Made by a program: the position numbers and the translations under genes. Positions 11,001 through 29,063 of a stretch of DNA of 64,000 bases are shown here, in pieces. Positions within the stretch are counted from its first letter, which is position 1. Every line of letters starts with the position of its first letter. This DNA comes from an uncultured Nitrospiraceae bacterium (GTDB taxonomy: Bacteria > Nitrospirota > Nitrospiria > Nitrospirales > Nitrospiraceae). The stretch covers positions 1,216,001-1,280,000 of the forward strand of contig CAWJWJ010000002.1 of assembly GCA_963846575.1 (NCBI GenBank), given 5' to 3'. The notes under the pieces are model-generated. The model searched no databases. It was not told the origin of the DNA and was given only the letters and a program-made list of their open reading frames with translations.

Positions 11001-14000
11001 ACGGGAGAGCAGGCGCGGGTATGTCGCGCCGCGGACGGCCGAAGAACAGACCCTGGCCGGGATCTGGGCCGACCTGTTGGGCATCGACCGGGTCGGAGTC
11101 GAGGATAATTTTTTTGAACTCGGCGGAGATTCCATTCTCAGTCTGCAGGTAGTCCACCGGGCCAGACAGCAACAGATTCATCTGACTCCACGAGATCTTT
11201 TCCAATATCAAACGGTGGCGGAGCTGGCTGCCTGTGGATCCTCACGGCAGGACCGGGAGGAGGCGTCTCGAAAACCTGCCATGGTCGGCGAACTGGTTCA
11301 GGAGGACACCCTCGCCATAGCCCGGCGTACCTGTCCCGATCTGGAGGATCTGTATCCGCTGAGTCCATTGCAGCAGGGGCTTTTGTTTCACAGCCTCTAC
11401 GCGCCGCAATCCGGCGTCTACATCGAACAGATGCATTGCCGATTGCGGGGAGCCCTGGATGGCTCCTCGTTCGCGCTGGCCTGGCGGCGTCTTCTGGACA
11501 GGCATGCGGTGCTTCGTACGAGATTCATGTGGCAGAACGTGACCTCGCCGGTGCAAATCGTACTGCCGTCGGCGGACCTCCCCTGGCTGGAACTGGATTG
11601 GCAGGACTGCCCCCGTCACGAGCAGGAGGTTCGCCTGCGAGAGTTGATCGAACATGACCGGCGGCTCGACTTCGATTGTGAACGTGCTCCGCTGATGCGT
11701 CTGGCACTGATCCACGTCGCAACGGACAAATATGAGGTCGTCTGGACCCACCATCACATCCTCATGGACGGTTGGTGTCTCCCGATCCTGTTGAAGGAGG
11801 TTCTGAACGACTATCACATGATCCGGTCCGGCGGACATCCGGCGCCGGTTCGTCCCTCGCCCTATCGGGATTATATCGCCTGGCTCCAGCGACCGGATCA
11901 CAGCGGTTCGGAAACGTTCTGGCGGGCCACCCTCAAAGGATTTACCACTCCCAGCCGGTTGGCTGATGACACGCCTGCCGATGCCTCCCATGAACCACAG
12001 GACCAGGGGCTGTTCACCCTGACGATCACGCCGTCGGTCGCTGCCGCGATCCGTACCAGTGCCCGGCGATGCCATGTCACGGAAAACACCCTGGTGCAGG
12101 GAGCATGGGCGCTTCTGCTCAGCCGGTACAGGGGTGAGACGGACATCCTCTTCGGCACGACGACCTCCGGACGATCGGCCGATATCCCCGGCATCGAATC
12201 GATGGTCGGTCTCTTCATCAACACGCTGCCGCTTCGCCTGTCCGTGCCGCCGGATGCGGTCGTCGATCAATGGCTGAGAGGGATCCTGAAACGGAATAGC
12301 GAGTTGCGAGAGCATGAACAGAGTGCTCTCGCACAGGTTCAAGGATGGAGCGAGGTAGCTCGCGGACAAGCGCTGTTCGAGAGTCTGATCGTGTTCGACA
12401 ATCACCCGACCGATGGCACGTTGGAAGAAGGTTCCTCCGGACTGGTCGTCGAGCAGACCACGCTGCGTGGACAAACGAACTATCCGTTGACGCTCAACGT
12501 ATGGCCTGGAGCTGAACTGACCGTGGCCTTCTCGTATCAACGGCCACGGTTCCGGGCTGAGGTCATCACCAATATCGCACGTCACTTCGAGACGTTGTTG
12601 ACGGCCCTGGTCGAAACGCCGCAGGCACGCCTGGCGGACCTTCCGTTGCTGGGGGCGGCCGAGCGGGCGCAGGTGGTGAAGGAGTGGAACCGCTCGGCGC
12701 GGGCCTATCCCACGGCGCGCCCGGTGCCGGCCCTGATCGCGGCGCAGGCGGAGGCGACCCCGACGGCCGTCGCCCTGCGGGCCGATGCCGGCGCGCTCAC
12801 CTATGGCGAGTTGCTGGCGCGCTCGAACCAGGTCGCGCAGCTGCTGCGCCGGCAGGGGGTAGGGCCGGAGACCCTGGTCGGGATCGCGATGGAGCGTTCG
12901 CTGGATCTGGTGGTGGGGCTGCTGGGCATCCTGCAGGCGGGGGCCGCCTACGTGCCGCTCGATCCGGGTTATCCGCCCGAGCGGCTGGCCTACATGCTGG
13001 CCGACAGCCAGGTCAAGACCGTGCTGACGCACGAAGCCCTCCTGCCGCAGCTCGGCTTTGCCGGGCCGACCCTCTGCCTCGACCGCGACGCGGCACTCCT
13101 GGGCCGGCAGCCGACGACCGCGCCGTCGGGCCATCTCACTGACCGGCACCTGGCCTATACCATCTATACCTCCGGTTCGACCGGCCGGCCCAAAGGCGCC
13201 GGGAACACCCACGGCGGCCTGCGCAATCGGCTCCAGTGGATGCAGGAGGCCTATCCCCTGACCGCCGCCGACCGGGTGCTGCAAAAGACCCCGATCAGTT
13301 TCGACGTCTCCGTGTGGGAATTTTTCTGGCCGCTCATGGTGGGCGCAGAACTCGTGCTGGCCGCACCCGGCGAACACAAGGACCCCGCCGCCCTGATCAC
13401 CCGCATCGTAAACCAGGGAGTGACCACACTGCATTTCGTGCCGCCGATGCTGCAGGCCTTCGTGGAGACGCCGGGCGTCGAGCGCTGCCGCTCGCTGCGG
13501 CGGATCATCTGTAGCGGCGAAGCCCTGCCGGCGTCCCTGCCGCCGCAGGTGGCCGGGCGGTTACCGGCCGCACGGCTGGAGAATCTCTACGGGCCGACGG
13601 AAGCGGCCATCGACGTGACCGCCTGGAGTTGTCCGCCGACGGAAGCCGTCCTGCCCGTGCCCATCGGACGGCCGATCGCTAACACGCAGATCTACGTACT
13701 CGACCACCAGGGCCATCCGTTGCCCGGTTGGGGTGCCGGGCGAACTCTACATCGGCGGGGCCGGGGTGGCGCGCGGGTACCACCGCCGGCCGGAGCTCAC
13801 GGCCGCGCGGTTCGTGCCGGACCCGTTTGCGGAGACCCCCGGGCAGCGGCTCTACCGGACCGGCGATCGCGTGCGGTACCGGGCGGATGGCGCGATCGAG
13901 TATCTGGGGCGGCTGGATCACCAGGTGAAGATCCGGGGGTTCCGGATCGAGCTGGGGGAGATCGAGCAGACGCTCCGGCAGCAGGCGGGGATTCGCGAAG

Positions 14001-14575
14001 CCGTGGTGGTGGCGCGAAACGAGGGAGCGGGGACGAGCCGGCTCGTCGCCTATGTGACGCTGGAGTCCGGGGCGACCTGTGAGGCGGCCGCCTTGCGGCA
14101 GGCGCTGGGTCGCCGGTTGCCGGACTATATGGTGCCGGCAGTCATCGTGCCGCTCGCGCAGCTGCCGTTGAGCCCGAACGGCAAGGTGGACCGGCGGGCC
14201 TTGCCGGAGCCGGAGGCGGAGCGCCAGGCGCGGACGGTCTATGTCCCGCCGCAGACGGAAGTGGAAGAAACCCTGGCGGCCATCTGGGCGGCGGTGCTCG
14301 GGCTGCCGGAGGTCGGCCGCGACGACAACTTCTTCGAACTCGGCGGGGATTCGATCAACAGCCTGCAGATTCTGGCCAGGGCCCATCGAGCCGGCGTGAC
14401 GCTGACGCCGAAACAGCTCTTCGACCATCCGACGATTGCGGCTGCCGCGGCTGTGGCGGTGGTCGCCGATGGCGATGCGCAGGGGGCGTCGACGGACGCG
14501 GCCGAAGCGTCCCGTCTGGCTGATGTCGAGTTGACGGACGAGGACATGGAGAACTTACTCGAAGAAATCGGATAG
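8044..14575 (+). pseudogene. NRPS 1, C-A(Dab)-T-C-A(Ser)-T, interrupted by a +1 frameshift at about 13723-13727 (true lesion or sequencing error)
   Basis: ORF 7903..14082 loses NRPS sense after DHQGHPLP, and ORF 13733..14575 continues with (V)PGELYIGG. Paralogous modules read PVPVGIPGELY, so one extra base is present in ttgcccggttgggg. Removing it gives a 2176-aa ORF from ATG 8044. A codes DIWELTADDK and DVWHISLIDK. Confidence 0.85.
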
Positions 14576-14584
14576 GGGAGACAC

Positions 14585-21070
<6,486 letters not shown>

Positions 21071-21071
21071 C

Positions 21072-24000
21072 GTGGGTGGATTGTCTCGACGTAGCGCACC
21101 GCCTGACATGATCCATATCGCCAAGCGGCTGGCGGCTCTGCCGCCGGACAAGAAGATCACCTTTGAGGCCGCCTTGCGTGAGAAGGGGATAGACCGCTGG
21201 GATCTCCCGATCGTGTCTCAACCGAAGACGCTACGGCCGGTTCCGCTGTCCTATGCGCAGCAGAGACTGTGGTTTCTGGAACAGCTCGAGCCAGGGAAAT
21301 CCCTCTATAACCTGTTTTTCGCACTCCGGCTCACGGGCCCCCTGGATCTCCGGGTATTGGAGCAGGCGATCAACGCGATCATTCATCGGCACGACATTTT
21401 GCGCACCAACGTTGTGAGCGCGGACGGTGAGGGCGCACAGGTGGTGCAGCCGTTCGAGCCTGTTCCTGTGCCGTTCGAGGACCTGACGTCTGCGGACCCG
21501 GCAACAAGACCATCGCGGCTTCGTGATCTGGCCAAAGAGGAAGCCGAAACGGCGTTTGATCTGGCCCGGGACCGTCTTTTCAGAGTCCGAATCGTGGCAT
21601 GCAGTCCATCGGAACACGTGCTCATGTTGACCGTGCACCATCTTATTTTTGATGCCTGGTCGCAGGCGCTGATCACAGACGAATTGGGATATTTCTACGA
21701 GGTCCTTCGTGCCGGATCAGCAACTGCACTGGACCCGCTTCCGATTCAATATGCCGACTTCGCCTTATGGCAACGCGAGTGGATGGAAAGTGAACATGTT
21801 GAGGTCGAACGTGCCTATTGGATGCAGCAGTTGCAAGATCCGCCGGTCCTCATGCTCCCGTGTGATCACCCACGGCCTGCGAAACCCACGTTTGAAGGCG
21901 GCCATGCGACACTCACCCTATCCCCAACCCTCACACGAAAGATTTATGCGCTCTGTCGCCAGCGCGGGGCCACGCTGTACATGGTCATGCTGGCAACGTT
22001 CAAGGTCCTGCTCGCCCGGTACAGCGGGCAAGACGACATTTGCGTTGGAACGTCCATCGCGAACCGGCCGCGGCCGGAGACAGCCCACCTGATCGGGTTT
22101 CTCGTCAACACGCTTGTCATGCGCACCAGATTGACGGGGGATCCGGCCTTTCTGGATTGTGTGGACCGTGTGAAAGAGGTGGCGTCGCAAGCCTATGTGC
22201 ACCAGAACATGCCCTTCGAAATGCTGGTCGATCTCTTGGGTCTGAAACGGAATCCGGTCTACTCGCCGTTATTTCAAGTGTTCTTTGTGCTGGAACACGT
22301 GCCGGACCGGGGACACATGAACCTGGCCGGCGTGACGGTGGAGCCACTGGATGTCGAGCAGGGCATGGCCCGATTCGATGTGACCTTACGCATTGCCGAA
22401 ACCGAGGCGCACGACACATTGCACTGCGACCTTGAGTACAGCACGGATCTTTTCACGCGGTCGACGATCGTCCGCATGCTGCAGCGGTATGAGATCCTGC
22501 TGGAGGCGTTCACTGAAGATCCTCAGGCCCGCCTCTCGGAAGTGTCCCTCCTCAGCGAGGTCGAGAGGCAACAGCTGTTGCCCGGGGGGATACTGTCCGA
22601 CGACCTCGGATCCTCGCGTCATTGCATCCATCAGTTGGTCGAGGCACAGGCTCTGCGAAACCCCGATGGTGCCGCCGTGATCTCTGACGATCTGGTGCTG
22701 ACGTACGGTGAACTGGACCGGCGTGCGGCTCACTTGGCGGGTTATCTGCAGACGTTGGGAGTAGGTCCCGAGGCGCGGGTCGCTCTCTGCCTCGAACGAT
22801 CGGCTGACATGATCATCGGGCTCCTGGGTGTGTTGAAGGCCGGCGGTGTCTATGTGCCGTGCGATCCGGCATTTCCCGATGCGCGCATCGCGTACATGCT
22901 GGCGGATAGCGGGGCTCGAGTGGTGCTCACTCGCGAGCAATGGACGGATCGTTTTAGCAGGCTGGAAGCTCAGGCTATCGCTCTCGATCGTGAATGGCCG
23001 GCGATCGAAGCGCAGGCATCTGAATCCGTCGCCCGCATGGTTCGTCCGCAGAACCTTGCCTATATCATCTATACCTCCGGTTCGACCGGCCGCCCGAAGG
23101 GCGTCGCGGTCGAACACCGACAATTGGCCTGCTATGTTGCCGCGCTATTGGAACGGGTGCCGTTGAGCGCCGACGCCAGTTTTGCCGCGATTTCAACGGT
23201 TGCCGCTGATCTCGGCCATACCTCGATCTTCGGAGCGCTCTGTTCAGGACGTCCCCTCCACATCATTTCAGAGGAGAGGGGGTTCGATCCGCACGCGGTG
23301 GCCGACTATCTCTCGACCCATCAAGTCGAAGTGCTGAAGATTGTTCCGGGCCACTTGTCCGCGCTCCTGGAGGTCATGAGGCCAGAACGGGTGCTGCCAC
23401 GCCATTGCCTCATCCTCGGCGGCGAAGCCCTGAGGCCGGCTTTGGCCGGGAGGATTCGAGCCCTGGCCCCCGCCTGCACCATCGTCAATCACTACGGGCC
23501 GACCGAGGCGACCGTGGGAGCCCTGACGCACCGGGTGACCGATAATGATGCGATGGGGACGACCATTCCCGTAGGACGGCCGCTGTCGAACGTCGAGGCC
23601 TATATTCTCGACCCATGGCACCAGCCGGCGCCGGTTGGTGTCCCGGGCGAACTCTACCTGGGCGGAAGCGGGCTGGCGAGAGGGTATCTGGGACGTCCGG
23701 ATCTGACTGCCGAGCGCTTTATTCCCAACTCCTTCAGTGAGCAGCCGGGGAGCCGATTGTACCGAACGGGTGATCGGGCACGGTACCGGTTGGACGGAAC
23801 GATCGAATTCCTGGGACGGCTCGACAATCAAGTCAAGGTGCGCGGGTATCGCATCGAGCCGGGAGAAATCGAAGCCCAGCTGCGGCGCGACATCAGTATC
23901 AAGGATGCGGTGGTGGTCGTGCGTGACCGGGCCGATGAGGCGAAGGAACTGATTGCCTATGTGGTAGGGATGGACGGGGTGGACCCCGCAGCCCTGCGGT

Positions 24001-27000
24001 CCCGATTGGCCGGTCAATTGCCGGACTACATGATCCCCCATGCGTTCGTGACTCTCCCGGCGTTCCCACTGACGACGAATGGAAAGGTCGATCGGGCGGC
24101 GCTTCCGGATCATACGGGACAGCACGTCCTGCGAAAGTCGGAGCATGGTGCGCCCCGTAATCCGACTGAGGAGCGCTTGGCCGAGATCTGGCGAGAGGTG
24201 CTCCATGCGGACGAAGTCGGAAGAGACGATAATTTTTTTGACCTTGGCGGCGATTCCATCTTGAGCCTGCAGATCATTGCGCGGGCACGCAAACGAGACA
24301 TCCTGCTGACGCCGAAACAGCTCTTCGAGCACCAGACCATTGCCTTGCTGGCCGCTCTGCCGGGAATACACACACTTGATTCGCAACCGTCCCTGGCCTC
24401 AGCCGATCACGGGCGGCGAGCGCCCCTCTCCTATGCCCAGCAGCGACTGTGGTTTCTCTGGGAGATGGACCCGACGAATGCCGCCTACAATGTGTGGCAT
24501 GCGGTGCGGTTGAAGGGAACCCTCAAGGTGGAGCGACTGCGGCGCACCTTCGATGCGATCGTGTCCCGCCATGCAACCTTACGAACGACCTTCGGCACGG
24601 ACGGCGGGCAGCCGTATCAAGTCATCCATCCCGCGGAGCCCGTCGATATGGTCGTGACGGATCTCACCGATGGTCCCCCGGCCGAGCGAGAACAGCAGGC
24701 CAGGGCGATGGTCGAGGATGAAGGGCGGAAACCGTTCGATCTCAAACGCGGCCCCCTGCTCCGGGTCACCGTCCTGAAACTCGATGAGGGCGATCATCTT
24801 CTCACGGTCGCGATGCACCACATCGTCTCGGACGGTTGGTCGATGAATATCATCATGGAGGAGTTTGCCTCTCTCTACGAAGCCTACGGCTCCGGTCGTG
24901 AGCCGGCCTTGCCTCCCCTGCGTATTCACTATGTGGATTTTGCGGTCTGGCAGCGACGGTGGCTGGAAGCAGGGGAATTGGACCGGCAGCTGCAATATTG
25001 GAAAGGTCGGCTTGGAACGGAACATCCTCCGATGCCGTTGCCCGCCGATCGTCCGAGGCCGGCGGTGCAGCGCTATGAGGGCGCAAGTTCCCAGTTTGAA
25101 ATCGAACCAGACCTCACGAGCCGGCTGAAGGCATTGGCCAAATCACAGGAGGCCACCCTGTCCATGCTGTTGCTCACGGCCTTCAACATTCTCTTGTACC
25201 GTTACACGGGCGAGGTCGACGTACGCATAGGGATGCCGGTGACCAACCGGACTCGGGTCGAGTCGGAGGGATTGATCGGCTGCTTCGTGAATACGCTGGT
25301 GATACGGACCAATCTATCGGGCAATCTGACTGTCGCCGAATTCCTGCAGCGGGTCAAAGCGGAGGTTCTGGAGGCGCAATCCCACCAGGATCTGCCGTTC
25401 GAGCGATTGGTCGAGGCGCTGAACCCGCAGAGAAGTCTCGCCAGTCATCCGCTCGTTCAGGTGGTCTACAACCATCAATGGCGGAAGTACGACGTGCTGC
25501 AGACGTTGACCGATCTGAGCATCGAGAGCCTTCCCTATGAGGGCGACCGCACTCAGTTTGATCTCGTGCTGGATACGGAAGAGACGGCGGGACAGGTGTT
25601 CGCGTCGCTGACATACAGTACGGCCCTCTTCGAGCGCAACACCATAGAGCGTGTGGCAAGACACTGGATCACCTTGCTGGAGGGAATGGCGGAGAACCCG
25701 TGCGAGCGGATTGATCGGGTGTCGATCCTCACGAGAGAAGAGTCCGCTCATGTGATGCAGGAGTGGTCCGCACCATCCTGTGACCTGTCCGGTGCGCCAT
25801 GTCACCAATTGATCGAGGCGCAAGCCGCTTCTCAGCCCGATCGCCCGGCGGTGGTCTTTGAGGAGACGGTGCTCACGTACGGTGAGCTCAATGCCCGGGC
25901 CAATCAACTCGCGCACCTCTTGCTCCGTCACGCTGTCGGTCCGGATGTGCTGGTGGGCATCTGCCTGGAGCGTTCGCAGGATCTGCCGGTGGCCATGCTG
26001 GCGGTCTGGAAGGCGGGCGGGGCATACGTGCCACTCGATCCCTCGTATCCAAGAGAACGACTGGCCTACATGCTCGACGATGCACGCATGCCGGTGGTGC
26101 TGACCCAAGAGAAACTACGCGACGCCGTGGCCAGACCGGGCGTGCACCCGGTCTGCCTGGACGATCCGGAGCAATGGGCGTCGGAATCACGGAGCAACCC
26201 TGCCGCCCGGCGAAGTTCTAACGCCCTGGCCTATGTCATCTACACCTCGGGATCGACCGGCCGGCCCAAGGGGGTCATGATCCGGCACTCGAGCCTGGTG
26301 AATTTCCTGCTGAGCATGCAGGCGACGTTACGTCTGACTGCCGACGAGGTGGTGGCGGCCACGACGTCGGTCTCCTTCGACATCGCCGTGCTGGAACTCT
26401 TCCTGCCTCTATTGGCCGGGGCCAGGACGGTCGTGCTCAGTCGAGAGGTGATCGTCGATGGAGAGCGGCTGTCTCAAGAACTGGTCCGGGCCGGTGCGAC
26501 GCTCATGCAGGCGACCCCGTCGGGTTGGCGCATGTTGCTCAACGCGGGGAGCAGCCCCCGGCTGCGCGTGCTCTGCGGCGGGGAGGCATTCCCGCGGGAG
26601 TTGGCCCGGGAGTTCCTGGCGAATGATCTCGAGACGTGGAATCTCTACGGCCCGACGGAAACGACCGTGTGGTCGATGATGACCCCTGTGACCGGGGCGG
26701 GGGAGGCGGTACCCCTCGGCCGCCCGATCGCCAACACCCAAATCTATCTCCTCGATGCTGCCTTGAACGTGGTTCCGGTCGGGGTGCCCGGGGAGCTCTA
26801 TATCGGCGGGGACGGGTTGGCGCGAGGCTATTGGCAGCGGCCGGACCTGACCGCGGAGAGATTCGTGCCCGACCCCTTCGGGCGCGAACCGGGCGGCCGG
26901 CTCTATCGAACGGGCGATCAGGCACGGTATCGATCGGATGGGACGGTGGACTTTCTCGGGCGTGTGGATCACCAGGTCAAACTCCGTGGCCATCGCATTG

Positions 27001-29063
27001 AATTGGGAGAGATCGAGTCCTGTCTGAACAGCCATCCGCAGGTGGAGCAGAGTATCGTCCTGGCGCGGCGGGACGATGAGGACACTCGCCTGGTCGCCTA
27101 TGTGCAACCGGCGCCGGGCTCACCTGTGTCGGAACAGCATCTGAGGACGCTGCTGCAGGCCCATCTGCCCGGGTACATGGTTCCCTCGATCTTCGTGTTC
27201 CTGGAGGCATTCCCCCTTACCCCGAACGGGAAAGTCGATCGGAAGGCCCTGCCGCCTCCCGGTCGTGCCCGAGCCGTCGATCGACAGGCCGCACCGCAGG
27301 GCGCGGTGGAAGACATGTTGGCGGGGATCTGGGAGGAGGCCCTCGGGGTGACGCCGATCGGTCGCCATGACAACTTCTTCGACCTCGGCGGCCATTCGAT
27401 GGTTGCCACGCAGGTCATCTCCCGGATCAGGACGGCATTGCAGGTCGAACTCCCCTTGCGTCGCTTGTTCGATGCTCCGACGCTCGCGGGGTTGGCGGCC
27501 GCCGTGGAGAGCGCTCAGGCAGCCGCCTCGGGAACACACCTCCCGCCGCTCGTCCGGTGCGATCGCGGAAGCCCTGCCCCATTGTCGTTTGCCCAACAGC
27601 GCCTGTGGTTTCTCTGGCAAATGGAACCGGCGAGCCCCCTCTATAACATGGCCATGGCCCTCCGGTTGACCGGTACCCTCGATGTGCCGGCCCTGCAACA
27701 GAGCCTCGATCAGCTGGTGCGCCGTCACGAGTCGTTGCGCACGATCTTCGTCATGGTCGGGAGCGAGCCACGGCAACTCATCATGCCTGAACTCGCGCTC
27801 CCGATTCAGACGGTCGATCTCCGCCACGTTCCGATCGACGATCGAGCCGGCCGGGTTCAATGCCTGGCTGAGGAGGCGACCAGACAACCCTTCGACCTGA
27901 CGACCGGTCCGCTGCTCCGGTTGTCGCTGTTACGGGTCGGCGAAGAGGAGCATGTGCTGCTGTTCACCCTGCATCACATCGTCTCGGACGGCTGGTCGAT
28001 GAACATCCTCATTCGAGAGATCACCCGCTCTTATCGCGGGTTCTTTGCCGGCGACCGGCCGTCGCTACCGCCGTTACCGATTCAATATGCGGATTATGCG
28101 TTGTGGCAGCGGCAGTGGCTTCAGGGCGCCATTCTGGAGAACCAACTCGGCTACTGGACGCAGCAATTGAAAAACAGCCCAGTGCTGTCCCTGCCCACGG
28201 ATCGCCCGCGTCCGGCGGTGCAAACTTATTCCGGCGCGACCTGTGGCGTCGCGCTATCGTCAGCAGTGACAGAACCGTTGAAGGCATTCAGCCGTCGGCA
28301 TGGGGTCACGCTGTTCATGACCCTGCTGGCCGGGTTGAAGGTCCTGCTCAAGTATGAAACGGGCCAGCATGACATCGTGGTCGGGACGGATGTCGCCAAT
28401 CGTCATATCGGGGAGACAGAGAATATCGTCGGTTTTTTTGTCAACCAACTCGTGCTGCGCACGTCGGTCGATGAGGAGTTGACGTTTCCTGCATTGGTTG
28501 ACCGCGTTCGAGACGTCACCTTGGCGGGGCATGCTCACCAGGACGTGCCGTTCGACCTTGTGGTGGCGGCAGTGCAGCCCAAGCGCGATCTGTCGTACCC
28601 GCCGTTATTCCAGGTCAAGCTCGTCTTGCAAAACATGGCGCCACCACCGGTCGACCCGGCCGGGCTGCAGCTGAGTCAGCTTGAGGTCGAGAAGCAAACC
28701 TCGGAACTGGATCTGGTGCTCACGCTCGAGGAGTCTTCCGACGGACTCAGCGGATGGTGGGAGTACAACACCGATCTGTTCGACCGCGCGCGCATCGAGC
28801 GGCTGGCCGGACATTTCACGCTCCTTGCGGAGCGGATCGCCGCCGGATCCGACCTCTCCCTGAAAGCGCTTGAGGAGAGGTTGGCTGAATCAGACAGCCG
28901 GGAGCAGAGCCGGAAACACGAACAGCGTCATGAGGCGAATCACCTGAGATTGAAACACATCAAACGCAAAGCCGTCGATCCATCTCCCTATGACAGAGCG
29001 AGGTTCACCGATGACAGACGTGACGCGACAGAGCCACGACATCAGAACGTTCACAAGAGCTGA
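21072..29063 (+). CDS. NRPS 3, C-A(Asp)-T-C-A(Gly)-T-C (ends in a C domain)
   Basis: Codes DLTKIGHVGK (Asp) and DILQLGLVWK (Gly). T motifs GGDSI and GGHSM. Three C domains (HHLIFDAW, HHIVSDGW x2). N-terminal docking-like helix IAKRLAALPPDKK. Start is GTG 21072 or ATG 21108. Confidence 0.92.
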   Translation: MGGLSRRSAPPDMIHIAKRLAALPPDKKITFEAALREKGIDRWDLPIVSQPKTLRPVPLSYAQQRLWFLEQLEPGKSLYNLFFALRLTGPLDLRVLEQAINAIIHRHDILRTNVVSADGEGAQVVQPFEPVPVPFEDLTSADPATRPSRLRDLAKEEAETAFDLARDRLFRVRIVACSPSEHVLMLTVHHLIFDAWSQALITDELGYFYEVLRAGSATALDPLPIQYADFALWQREWMESEHVEVERAYWMQQLQDPPVLMLPCDHPRPAKPTFEGGHATLTLSPTLTRKIYALCRQRGATLYMVMLATFKVLLARYSGQDDICVGTSIANRPRPETAHLIGFLVNTLVMRTRLTGDPAFLDCVDRVKEVASQAYVHQNMPFEMLVDLLGLKRNPVYSPLFQVFFVLEHVPDRGHMNLAGVTVEPLDVEQGMARFDVTLRIAETEAHDTLHCDLEYSTDLFTRSTIVRMLQRYEILLEAFTEDPQARLSEVSLLSEVERQQLLPGGILSDDLGSSRHCIHQLVEAQALRNPDGAAVISDDLVLTYGELDRRAAHLAGYLQTLGVGPEARVALCLERSADMIIGLLGVLKAGGVYVPCDPAFPDARIAYMLADSGARVVLTREQWTDRFSRLEAQAIALDREWPAIEAQASESVARMVRPQNLAYIIYTSGSTGRPKGVAVEHRQLACYVAALLERVPLSADASFAAISTVAADLGHTSIFGALCSGRPLHIISEERGFDPHAVADYLSTHQVEVLKIVPGHLSALLEVMRPERVLPRHCLILGGEALRPALAGRIRALAPACTIVNHYGPTEATVGALTHRVTDNDAMGTTIPVGRPLSNVEAYILDPWHQPAPVGVPGELYLGGSGLARGYLGRPDLTAERFIPNSFSEQPGSRLYRTGDRARYRLDGTIEFLGRLDNQVKVRGYRIEPGEIEAQLRRDISIKDAVVVVRDRADEAKELIAYVVGMDGVDPAALRSRLAGQLPDYMIPHAFVTLPAFPLTTNGKVDRAALPDHTGQHVLRKSEHGAPRNPTEERLAEIWREVLHADEVGRDDNFFDLGGDSILSLQIIARARKRDILLTPKQLFEHQTIALLAALPGIHTLDSQPSLASADHGRRAPLSYAQQRLWFLWEMDPTNAAYNVWHAVRLKGTLKVERLRRTFDAIVSRHATLRTTFGTDGGQPYQVIHPAEPVDMVVTDLTDGPPAEREQQARAMVEDEGRKPFDLKRGPLLRVTVLKLDEGDHLLTVAMHHIVSDGWSMNIIMEEFASLYEAYGSGREPALPPLRIHYVDFAVWQRRWLEAGELDRQLQYWKGRLGTEHPPMPLPADRPRPAVQRYEGASSQFEIEPDLTSRLKALAKSQEATLSMLLLTAFNILLYRYTGEVDVRIGMPVTNRTRVESEGLIGCFVNTLVIRTNLSGNLTVAEFLQRVKAEVLEAQSHQDLPFERLVEALNPQRSLASHPLVQVVYNHQWRKYDVLQTLTDLSIESLPYEGDRTQFDLVLDTEETAGQVFASLTYSTALFERNTIERVARHWITLLEGMAENPCERIDRVSILTREESAHVMQEWSAPSCDLSGAPCHQLIEAQAASQPDRPAVVFEETVLTYGELNARANQLAHLLLRHAVGPDVLVGICLERSQDLPVAMLAVWKAGGAYVPLDPSYPRERLAYMLDDARMPVVLTQEKLRDAVARPGVHPVCLDDPEQWASESRSNPAARRSSNALAYVIYTSGSTGRPKGVMIRHSSLVNFLLSMQATLRLTADEVVAATTSVSFDIAVLELFLPLLAGARTVVLSREVIVDGERLSQELVRAGATLMQATPSGWRMLLNAGSSPRLRVLCGGEAFPRELAREFLANDLETWNLYGPTETTVWSMMTPVTGAGEAVPLGRPIANTQIYLLDAALNVVPVGVPGELYIGGDGLARGYWQRPDLTAERFVPDPFGREPGGRLYRTGDQARYRSDGTVDFLGRVDHQVKLRGHRIELGEIESCLNSHPQVEQSIVLARRDDEDTRLVAYVQPAPGSPVSEQHLRTLLQAHLPGYMVPSIFVFLEAFPLTPNGKVDRKALPPPGRARAVDRQAAPQGAVEDMLAGIWEEALGVTPIGRHDNFFDLGGHSMVATQVISRIRTALQVELPLRRLFDAPTLAGLAAAVESAQAAASGTHLPPLVRCDRGSPAPLSFAQQRLWFLWQMEPASPLYNMAMALRLTGTLDVPALQQSLDQLVRRHESLRTIFVMVGSEPRQLIMPELALPIQTVDLRHVPIDDRAGRVQCLAEEATRQPFDLTTGPLLRLSLLRVGEEEHVLLFTLHHIVSDGWSMNILIREITRSYRGFFAGDRPSLPPLPIQYADYALWQRQWLQGAILENQLGYWTQQLKNSPVLSLPTDRPRPAVQTYSGATCGVALSSAVTEPLKAFSRRHGVTLFMTLLAGLKVLLKYETGQHDIVVGTDVANRHIGETENIVGFFVNQLVLRTSVDEELTFPALVDRVRDVTLAGHAHQDVPFDLVVAAVQPKRDLSYPPLFQVKLVLQNMAPPPVDPAGLQLSQLEVEKQTSELDLVLTLEESSDGLSGWWEYNTDLFDRARIERLAGHFTLLAERIAAGSDLSLKALEERLAESDSREQSRKHEQRHEANHLRLKHIKRKAVDPSPYDRARFTDDRRDATEPRHQNVHKS

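Noticed and set aside
28990..29063. Frameshifted NRPS 3-hydroxylase fusion
   Set aside because: The hydroxylase has its own RBS and ATG, and no slippery site or clear indel is visible. Separate genes are the simpler reading.
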